Shown here piece by piece: positions 36,101-47,955 of a DNA stretch of 64,000 bases. The position numbers were made by a program, and so were the translations under genes. Source of the stretch: Octopus bimaculoides (taxonomy: Eukaryota); the NCBI RefSeq assembly GCF_001194135.2, contig NC_068992.1, forward strand, positions 63,773,456-63,837,455, read 5' to 3'. Numbering within the stretch: position 1 is the first letter of the stretch; every line of letters begins with the position of its first letter. Below the pieces are notes generated by a model. The model worked only from the letters and a program-made list of their open reading frames with translations. It was not told the DNA's origin and did not search any database.

Positions 36101-37535
36101 GATTGGAAAGGCTTCATTCAGTAAGTACAAAAATACTATTAGTGCTTCAGTGTTAGAAAAATTCAATTATTTTGTTGCAAAAAAAAAAAAAAAAGTGCAA
36201 TTATCATGTAATAGAAGTGCAGTAGTAACAGGAAAGTAACTCACTTTTTCTCAGCAGCATACTCTGAATCAGTGTCCATTTGGTGTTGTTGTTGCTGTGC
36301 ATCAGAACTGATAGATTCTACACAAGCTGTGGAAGAGGAGGAGGAGAATAATAATAATAATAATAATAATGGTTTCAAATTTTGCCACAAGGGCAGCAAT
36401 TTGGGGAGAGGGGCGAGTCGATTACATCGACCCTGGTGTTCAACTGGTACTTATTTTATCAACTCTGAAAGAATGAAAGTTAGTCAACCTCGGCGGAATT
36501 TGAACTCAGAACATAGCAACAGGTGAACTACCACTAAGCATTTCATCCAGTGCACTAACGATTTTGCCAGCTCACCACCTTAATAATAATAATAATAATA
36601 AATAACAATAATAACAGTTTCAAATTTTTGGCACAAGACCAGCAATTTTTGAGAAGGAGAGTAAGTTGATTACATCAACCCCAGTGCTCAAAATGACACT
36701 TATTTTATTGAGCCCCACCCACAAGGCAAAGTCAACCTCGATGGACTTTGAACTCAAAAAGTATGATCAGAAAAAAATGCTGCTAAGCAGTTTGTCTGGT
36801 GTGCTAACAATTTGGCCAGTTCACTGTCTTAATAATAATAATAATCCTTTCTACTATAGGCATAAGGCCTGAAATTTTGGAGAAGGGACTAATCAATTAT
36901 ATTGATGCCAGTATTCAACTGGTGGTTATTTTATTGACCCTGAAAGAATGAAAGGCAAAGTTGACCTCAGTGGCATTTGAGCTCAGAATGTAAAGCAGAA
37001 ATACTACAAAGCATTTTATCAAACATGCTAAGAATTCTGCCAGCTCAACACACACACACACACACACAGAGTGGAACTTCAATTTATGAATTTGTTCCTG
37101 AAGGCACTAGAGTAGTGGGGAGGGGGTCCACCCTGGGCGGTACTTTTAAAGGGGTGGAACTTTTGGGTCTACTGTAGGTAATATGTGCTTTTTGTAAGGT
37201 CTAAGGGCAGCAAACAGAAGGGCCGCACCAGACAGCACACACTCTAGCTACGCTAGTGCCTGAAGGCCATTCATCACCCAAATTGTTCATAAACTGGAAC
37301 TATTTTTCCCAGAGGAAATTCAAGAGAAAGCACAGCAAATTCAAGCAGGGATGTACACTGAGCGAAAACTAGACACCAACTGATGCTCTCCTCCCACTGA
37401 TACTCGTAGCTCGTTACAGCTTGTGTATTCATTACTTAAGACATCCTTCATCACCCGAGACATTTTACGTCCGAAAATTGTTCATAAACTGATTTGCTCA
37501 TGATGAGAGACATTCATAAACCAAGGTTCCACAGA

Positions 37536-37607
<72 letters not shown>

Positions 37608-38381
37608 CACAACTTACGTCGATAATGCTGTGTAACAAAATTTTCATTTATTTTTTGTTTGTCTTTGGTCTGTAAGTGTTATTTCCTATTTGCTTCTATC
37701 TAGAAATCAAAGGAAATGACTACTATTCCCTTCGAACTTTGCTTTTGTCACCTGGACATCGATGTTTCCAAACTGACCTATTTTCCATTACATTTCAGAC
37801 AGATTCAGTGCTAAGTTGCTGAAGCAGAAATATCGTTATAGCATATACGCTGCTCAATACCACAGATTTGCTTGTCAGTTGCTTGACCTTAACCACTTAC
37901 CCATGTCCCTTAGTGGCTGACAATATGTGCATCTCTGATCATGAACAGGAGAGCATCAAAGCCACGTGTTAAGAAGGATTGTTTGGGGTTTCAATAAATG
38001 TAACAAAAGCAAAGTTTGAAGGAAATATTAGTTGTTACCCAAAGAAAAAATCATGTTACACAATGTAAATGGTGCCAAGACATGCTGCTTGACTCAAAAG
38101 AAACAGAATAAAATGGAGAAACATTTAAAAAAATTTATCAACGCATATCTGTTTTAATAACTGGTTTATACATATTTCCATTTGATTTTCGTCTTTAGTG
38201 TTGGTCTTTAAGTGTTTGTGTTTAAAAAAAAATTTATGCTTTCAAATGTTTGCTGAAACCAAAATGAAGTGAGATAATCAGCTGAAGCTGAGGTTTCTGT
38301 TTTTACTACTCTTTAAAAAAAAAAAAACAGCATAAAATCAAAAAAGATGTAACTTGAAATGACGTAAGTTAAGCTATGCCA

Positions 38382-38439
<58 letters not shown>

Positions 38440-40922
38440 GTGTGTGCGTGTGTGTGTGCGTGTGTGTGTGCGTGTGTGTGTGCGTGTGTGTGTGGTGATA
38501 AAGTAGTGGCAACCTAAAAAGATTTTGGTACAGGAAGTTAGTAAGCATCAAGCATGTAGTACATGGCTTGTATAGGTGACAAAAAGCAGATTATACATGA
38601 TCAACAAAGTTTATTAACCAGCATGTTATAAACTCTGTCCCATATTGAAACAGATGGAAATTTCAAGAAGATGACTGCCACTGTACAACTCTCGGTTTAG
38701 CAGCAAAAATTGCTAATTATGTGAATATAAGTTGAAGAATGTAAGTACTAGAAGAGGTAAATCATGACTACATATGTTTCCAAGTTAATTTTAACGTCTT
38801 ATGTAACATAAAAATATCATTTAGCTTTTCTTCAACTCTACTTATCAACGATTGTTTGTATCAACTACTGTTAATTAAATGTGAAGAAAAGCTAAATGAT
38901 ATTTTTGTGTGTTACATAAGCTATGCTAAGTTTAGCATTGAAACATATGTAGTTTTGATTTACCTCTTTTATTGCTTACACACTTTGATATATAAAACAT
39001 ACATACACAGACACATATACATTCATATACATAAATGTACATAAACAGGAAGACCTTGATATATGCAAGTTTAAACTCACAAATTATTTATTGCTTTTCA
39101 ATATCCTCCAAGAGTAAAATTTCACATGCATGTCATTTAACATGTGGAACCGAAGGCTGTTGTGTGTGATTAGATGAGGAGAAGGGGGAGGAAAACGAGA
39201 ATAATGGTGAGGTTAGGGAGGAGGAAAGAGAAAAGTAATTGGTGTTTTATTTAGCTTAGACTAAATACGAGAGAAAAAAGTTAATTTGAATTAAAAATTT
39301 TTAAATTGCCATCACACACCAAGTGTAATGTATTAGATGCAGTCATTAGCTTTGTGGTTATGATCTCAGCTACTACGTTATTTATTCAAGGATATACCTT
39401 ACTGATCTCACTCAACCCCTGCCCTCAAGACAAGCTGAAATATACTGAGAGGTTAGTAAGATATTCTTTACCTTTGGGTTTTGATTTAACTAAAGCTTAG
39501 TAATATATTCCTTACCTTTTGTTTTTGATTTAACATATTTTCTCTTGCCTTTTCTCTCCATCTTTCTCTTGTTCCCTGACTCTCTCTTAAGATCCGTTTC
39601 CATTCGACATCTTTTCAACAGAGCATAACTTTTGTTGTTTATGACACACACAGTAATAAAAGAACAAAGAATGTCAGCAATGAAGCAAAGTTAGAGGGTA
39701 GTACTCACTTGGGTACTTGGTGCCACTGGTGACATTCTGCCTCATTACAGAGTTTATCATAAACTATAAAAGTCACGGAAGTGAAAGAAAAAAAAATTTC
39801 TTTTNNNNNNNNNNTTTTTTTTTTTTTTTTTATTAATTTAAAAAAAAGGTGTCAAATGGAAACAAAGGTTCTGAGCAGGTAACATGAGAAATTATATATC
39901 TTTGATATAATTTTTTAAAAATACATGTTTATTATGGATTTCCAGTAATGCACGCACAATGATATACTGGCCCTGGCCAGAGGGAAGTGTTCATGATCAG
40001 ACTACAGTTTATTAACATGTGCAATCACAAGCAATCTCGCATTTGAATTCCTATTTGGCAAACATTGCAAGTTTGAATATCTCTTCAACTTCCACAAAAG
40101 CTTATGTTTCATTTTCTCTTTTTTACAGTTAATATTCTTCATTTGTTCATCGGTTTTTGTTTTGGTTTTTTCCTAAATATTAAATGCACATTCTGTTAAC
40201 AAATATCTTGCAATATTTCATCATGCAGCTGTCTGCTTTAAACTTTACACTTCCAACTGTTGCATGCTTCAGCAGTGTCTAAGGATCAATATTTCATTGC
40301 TTGGCATACCTACATATGTGTGCCCCATAACTTTCCCCATAACTTCCAGAAAAATGGATATTCTTCAGTGAAATTTTCTACAAATACACTTCAAATGGTG
40401 TAGATTCTGATAAGAATTTATTGTTTCCAAATAAATTTTTCTGTGGATATGGAGAAAAGTTTCAGAAAATTCACACATGTCAGCTTTGTTTCTACATAAC
40501 TTTTAGAAAATGGATAATTTTGATGAAATGTTCTATAAATACCTTTCATTGTGTGTAGATTACGATTATTTCAGAGTTTAATATGCAAATATAAAAAAAA
40601 ATGGGGCACATTTGTATAGGTATGCCCAGTGCTCAAACACGAGTAATACTAAGATTACATTGCTATTAAATATCTACATATCGGCTTGCTTCACTTCATT
40701 TTCAATTTGTATATAACAATATTTGATAATACAACTACATGTTTTATATAAACAAACAATATACTTCTTTAGTTTAGTCTGCATCAAAAGGGTAACAATA
40801 ATGTGAATAAGATGGGCTCAGTTTTTCACTACACATAAATGTAATTAAGATAACAGTACTTACTAAGATATCAGATTTAGTAGCAAATACTAATAGTATT
40901 TAAAAATGCATTGAAGTGTGCA

Positions 40923-40956
<34 letters not shown>

Positions 40957-43952
40957 CACACATACATCAGAATTTATTGGTAGTATTTAGTGCTAATATT
41001 TCATTGCTTTATAAATGCATGTTCTTTTAATATAATTACATTTCCTCTTATAGCTCTATTTTATGTCTTCCACTATTGACAATTAAGTTTCCATCATGTT
41101 GCATGTCTTGCCAGTGTTCTTCTCACATGCATGTCATATATATACTTATGCATATACACTTTAAGAAAATATAATACAGTGACATCAAATTAATGGTATC
41201 TTAAAGGAAGTGTATTTTCACTTAATATAAATCACTGTATTTGCCCACACACAACATGCACTCTAACATAAGATACATTTCTGTTTCACAAGGATATTTT
41301 GTGGTAATTCAAATTTAGTATGTTTCACCATACACTTGTTAAAACATATTTTGAAGGACTTGTAAGAGTAAATGTGTGATTCTGTGCATGTAAATACAAG
41401 GTGACAGTACATTAGAATAACATATGAAACCATAAATTTATTGCAAATAAACTACATTATGGGGAGACACCATATTTGAAATTCATCTTCTTTCAACCCA
41501 ACTGTATAGCTGTTTATACTTTGGTCAACAGAACTGCCATACAGGATGTAAAATTCATATAAGTGGTTTACAATGACCAGGTACCAAAGTGATGCACCAC
41601 TGCTATGATTTTGTTGTCATCCACTCATTGCAAATAGCCACCAGGCAGATGATAAGTGTTTCTTGAAGGTGTTGTACCTGGCATACTTATACTAATGTTG
41701 TTCCATAGTCTATGACAGTCTCGTCCATAATACAGTCACATTAGATGCAGGATAACTTTTTTCATACATTTAAAAATTTAAAAAGTGCGTCTTATACACT
41801 GGTAAATATGATATTTTAAAGTAACAATTATATTTACTTTCTCTCAACTAATGAGTATTTGGGTAAATAAAGATTATATTTTATTTTCATTTTTTATAAT
41901 AATAATAACAACAATCCTTTCTCTTATAGGGACAAGGCCTAAAATTTGGCAGGGAGGGAGCTAGTCGATTATATCAACCCCAGTACTTGACTGGTACTTA
42001 TTTCATCAACCTCAAAATTATGAAAGCCAAAGCCTTGGCAGAATTTGAACTCAGAACATAGAACAGATGAAATGACACTAAGCATTTTATCTGGCATGCT
42101 AACAGATTGATCTTTGCTATTTAAATTATCTTGGTAGATTGGCAGAATCAGTAGACTAGTGGACATAATACCTTACAACAGTGCTACACAAAGTGGGGGT
42201 CCATGGACTGGTGCCAGTCCACAAGCCATCAACTGCTGGTAGATGGTGAGTTTCCAGAAAAGTAAGAAACATTATAAAATGCTTATGTAAAATTGTATTA
42301 TTTGTCTACAAAATAAAATATAAAATAAAAAAGTTGTCAACTTTTATTATATTCATTATATATATTGTTTCCGGTATAAATTAATATTACTAAGAAATAT
42401 TACCGGTCCCTGCACAGTGGTTAAAAAAAAACTGCTGGTATGCCACATCAGATAGTTTGAGAAGCACTGACTTAAAGTATTTACTTTCTTTTAAGTTTCA
42501 AGTTCAAATTCAGCCGAGGTCTTAACTTTACTTTTCATCCTTCCAAGGTCAAACTACAAGTGAGACTGTAGTTGATTACTACTCTATCAACTATATGTTG
42601 TCTTTCTGCCAAGACTATAAATTATTATCTAAAACATTCCTCAAAATTCCTCAGCAAAAATTCTTGCAGCTTTATTTTATAATTGTGGAACACACCACAG
42701 TTATGGATCTTAAATTTAGGTTTCAGTCATGCAATGGCTTTCAGGAAATCAAAAGTTGCATATATCAAGGACTTCACACATGCAGATATATGTGCATGGA
42801 TGCACACATCATTGCTCACATGGATTACAGGTGTAAAAATTGAGAGATTTTTATATCAAGATTAACAAACTTTGAAAAAAATTTTAAGGGCAGCTGTGGA
42901 TTATAACCTGCAAAAAAATTATCTGTCCTAGCTCCAGATTAATCCTGATTTAAAAAAGAAAAAAAAAAGATGATTAAAGGCATACAAGTCATGACCACCC
43001 TGTCCTCTTTGGTAGTGCATATCTAAGGCTACATTATCTAATGTGTCTCTTTTTCATGAGAGTAGAGTGTATTTTGAGAGAGGTTTGACTGCTATTTCCA
43101 GCTGACCAAAAGACCATATAAAGCAGTCATGAGCAAACTGTGACCTGCAAGGCTTTCTAAATGGCACACCTAACAAAAATTACCTTCAGTTTTTTGGATT
43201 TTTTTAGTAGTGTGACCTGCCAGATGAACCATGCTTCAAGTGTCCCATTTCTCTAAAAAGATTGCCCATCCCTGATATAGAGGCTCTCAGCCAGGTGAAA
43301 AAAAAGCCATGATAGTGGTACAAGACGATTAATGAAATTTATATAATTGAGGAAAGTTTTTTATGTCATGAAAAGAGACATAAGTAAAGATGTCTGAAGG
43401 AAGTCTCCTCCCCAAATCATCAGAACTCGCTTCACCTCAAAAACCTTGTCTTATTTTACAGATGTTATTTTATATCTTCATTAGCTCACCATCATCATTT
43501 AACATTCACTTCTCCATGCTTGCGTGGGTCAGACTGAATTTGTTGAGATAGATTTTCTATGACCTGATGCCCTTCCTGTCACCAACCCCCACCTGCTTCC
43601 AACCAAGCAAGGTAATATAGCCCCAAGGCCAGACATTTTTTCACAGAATACTGGAAACAAACAACCTCATTTGTTTGATGACAATGCAGATGTACAACCA
43701 TCATGTGATGTCTCCAAAAGGCTACAGCAAAACACAAATATACATTACATATACATACATACATATCGTGCAGTGCTACATAAAATCACCCAGGATACCC
43801 TGTAAAGTGGTTGGTATTAAGAAGGGCATCCAACCGTGGAAACCATGCCAAATCAGACTGGAGTCTGGTGCAGCTCTGCAGCTCTGGTCAAACCGTCCAA
43901 CCCATGCCAGAATGGACAATGGATGTTAAATGATGATGATGATATTTGCATG

Positions 43953-44027
<75 letters not shown>

Positions 44028-46644
44028 CATCATCATCATCATCATCATTGTTTAACATCCACTTTCCATGTTGGCATGGGTTGGACGGTTTGACTGAGGA
44101 CTGGAAAGCCAAGAGGCTGCACCAGGCTCCAATCTGATCTGGTAAGATACCTGGATGCCCTTCCTAATGCCAACCACTCCGAGAGTGTAGTGGGTGCCTA
44201 TCACATGCCACTGGCTCAGGAGGCAGTCAGGCAGCACTGGCATCGACCACGTTTATTTTTGTTATAATCATAGCAGCAAAAGGGCTAACAGCAACATCAT
44301 CATCATCACATAATTAAGAAACAGTCTGTAAATATATACAACAGCCAACAGATGTGGATGTGCAAGGGTAGAGGGACATGGAGATGATTATGGGGGGGGG
44401 GGTCAACGACACCATCTACTGCAGAGTGTTTTGTTAAACAAACAGACAGACAGTCAGTCAGTCAGTCAGAGAAATGCCCCCAGAGAGGAGAAAATAAAGA
44501 CAAAAAAAGGGGGGAGAGAGAGAGAGAGAGAGATAGAAACAGAGAGGCATAGGCAATGGTAGAAAGAGAGAGATAACCACTCACACAGAAAGACAGAGTG
44601 AGGAGAGAGAGAGAGAGAGACAAACAGACATACAGGAAGATAGACAGAGAGAGAGAAAGAGAGGTAAAGAAAGAAATACAGACAGGCATACATAATAGCA
44701 GAGAGGTAGACAGTCACACAGAAAGATAGAGAGAGAGGGGGAGAGAGGGAGAGACAGACATACAGGAAGACAGACATACAGAGAGACAGAAAGAGAAACA
44801 GAGGCATAGACAATGGTAGAAAGAGAGAGGTAGACAGGTGGTCATCATCATCATCATCATCATCGTTTAACGTCCGCTTTCCATGCTAGCATGGGTTGGA
44901 CGATTTGACTGAGGACTGGTGAAACCGGATGGCAACACCAGGCTCCAGTCTGATTTGGCAGAGTTTCTACAGCTGGATGCCCTTCCTAACGCCAACCACT
45001 CAGAGAGTGGTGTAAACAACAAATGGATGTATTAGTTTAACGCTCGGGAATAGAGAAAGTCTTTGACATTTCGAGCCTACGCTCTTCAACTGAAAGGAAC
45101 ACAAAGAAATAAGGAGAGAAACAAGGAGAAAAAAAATATAAATGTAGTGGTCAGCGATCTATCATGTCGAATATATATATTACACACACATACACATGCA
45201 TGCATACACATGACAGGCTTCTTTCAGTTTCTACCAAATCCACACATGAGGCTTTGGTCAGCCCAAGGCCATAATAGAAGACATTCGCTCAAAGTGCAGT
45301 GCAATGGAACTGAACCCAAGACGTGGTTGGGAAGCAAGCTTCTGACCACACGGTCATGACTGCACCTATCTTAAAAGAAAGAAAATTATAATACTGTATT
45401 TTCCAGTGTACAAGTCAAATTTTTCAAACCAAAATTTACAGCTGAGAAAGGCAGGTTAAATCATACACCATGACAACTTTGGAGAACCAAAAATTCCATG
45501 GGAAATGCAGCAGGATTTGGAAAGATGATGATGGATGTCTGAATGTTTACACTATATACTATGTCGACTTCTATGTCGGAAAATATGGTAGAAATTAACA
45601 TATTTTTTTGCTTGATGTGAAATAAACACAAAAAAGAAGAACACTAAATGGATATTCTCTAATGAAAAGAAATTTATCTGGAATGAACTGGATGTTGTAA
45701 TACATCCATAAAAATACAAACACATGGAAAAAGGAAACCCTCTGAAGCTATGTTAAATGAACTAAAGTATTTAGGCTTATGTTGAAATTGATACTTTTCT
45801 ATATTTACAACTAATACAGGACTATTACAAGAATAAATAAACTGAAAATAGCAACTGTCTTGTACTGCATGATATAAAAATAAACAACTTCTTCCAAGAG
45901 AACTATAGGAAGCAGCCAGCTTATGGAAACAGATATATATATGTATATATATATATATATATATATTATAGACCAAAACATCACCACTACCCCTACCTTT
46001 GCAGGAAAGATATTTCCTGACAAAATAGTAAACAAATCTGAAGATACAAAGATACGTTAAAATCACAAGGATGAAGGGTCACTGACATAAACATTGACAA
46101 CAAACATTCCGGAATTCATTGAACAAACAGCTATAACATTAATCAACACGGTTATTGTTATCTAGTTAGCAAAGTAATACGAGTGGTAGATCGACCTGCT
46201 AGAAATAGCAGCCAAATCTCCCTCAAATCACACCCTACTGTGTGTTGAAAGGGGGAGAGTCTTTGATGTGTTGTCTGAAAATAAGGATTCATCATGGCTG
46301 GAATGTGCCGACCTAGTGGTGACAGCAGCTAAACAGCCACATTCATTCCCAATATGAATACAAACAGGTGCATGTGCATGCATTCATATATCTATACCAG
46401 GGGTGGGGACACTTTAGTATCCAATGAAAAGGTCCACGAGGAGACCACAAGTTCTAACTCATCTGTGTAAATCTTGTATATATATATCTATGTATAATTC
46501 AATATACATTAATAAAAATAAGAGTTTAACACATTAAATTAACGCATAACATCTTCATTGACATTTGACCTGCGTTGGAGACCAGTAACAACCATGGAAA
46601 GCAGACAGTGTTACTTATACATACATATATATATGTATGTATAT

Positions 46645-46676
<32 letters not shown>

Positions 46677-47049
46677 TCAGTAACACTGTGTGCACACACA
46701 TAAAATCATTGATTTTGAAAGAGCTAATGAAATAAACAATAACACCCAGCAACAAGGCTCTCTACAGGTCAGACACCACATGTAGGGTAAACTATTTATC
46801 AATCTGTCAGCCTATCTCTGTCTACCACCCATCTATCAACCTGCCTATCTATTTTTGTATCTACTTCTCTATCCACATATCCTTAATCTATGTCCATGAA
46901 CTTTTAAACCTTTTTACAAGCATAAATCTATTATGGAAAATTAAACCTCCTCAGTGTAATCTACTTTTTATTGTAATTTGTCATTTTCCATTTTATTTCA
47001 CCCTCTTCCTTTACCTTCCTCACCTCTCTCCCACTAACAGCATTACCCT

Positions 47050-47086
<37 letters not shown>

Positions 47087-47900
47087 CAAAAATGGAAATT
47101 GAAGTTGTGTTCAATGCCAGTGCCGCCTGACTGGCTCCCTGTGCTGGTGGCATGTAAAAAGCACCATCCTAACATGGTTGATGCCAGCTCAACCCCCCCA
47201 CCACCACCACCCCGCCCCCAACTGGCTCCTGGGCCAGTAGCACATAAAAAGCACCATCTGAACGTGGTGCCAGTGCCGCCTGACTGGTTCCTGGAGTGGT
47301 NNNNNNNNNNNNNNNNNNNNNNNNNNNNNNNNNNNNNNNNNNNNNNNNNNNNNNNNNNNNNNNNNNNNNNNNNNNNNNNNNNNNNNNNNNNNNNNNNNNN
47401 NNNNNNNNNNNNNNNNNNNNNNNNNNNNNNNNNNNNNNNNNNNNNNNNNNNNNNNNNNNNNNNNNNNNNNNNNNNNNNNNNNNNNNNNNNNNNNNNNNNN
47501 NNNNNNNNNNNNNNNNNNNNNNNNNNNNNNNNNNNNNNNNNNNNNNNNNNNNNNNNNNNNNNNNNNNNNNNNNNNNNNNNNNNNNNNNNNNNNNNNNNNN
47601 NNNNNNNNNNNNNNNNNNNNNNNNNNNNNNNNNNNNNNNNNNNNNNNNNNNNNNNNNNNNNNNNNNNNNNNNNNNNNNNNNNNNNNNNNNNNNNNNNNNN
47701 NNNNNNNNNNNNNNNNNNNNNNNNNNNNNNNNNNNNNNNNNNNNNNNNNNNNNNNNNNNNNNNNNNNNNNNNNNNNNNNNNNNNNNNNNNNNNNNNNNNN
47801 NNNNNNNNNNNNNNNNNNNNNNNNNNNNNNNNNNNNNNNNNNNNNNNNNNNNNNNNNNNNNNNNNNNNNNNNNNNNNNNNNNNNNNNNNNNNNNNNNNNN

Positions 47901-47955
<55 letters not shown>

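Noticed and set aside
40044-40170. Short basic minus-strand frame [30 protein letters not shown]... after a TTTAG
   Set aside because: It is phase 0 and ends in a stop without a donor. It is incompatible with the phase-1 intron and may be chance in A-rich sequence.
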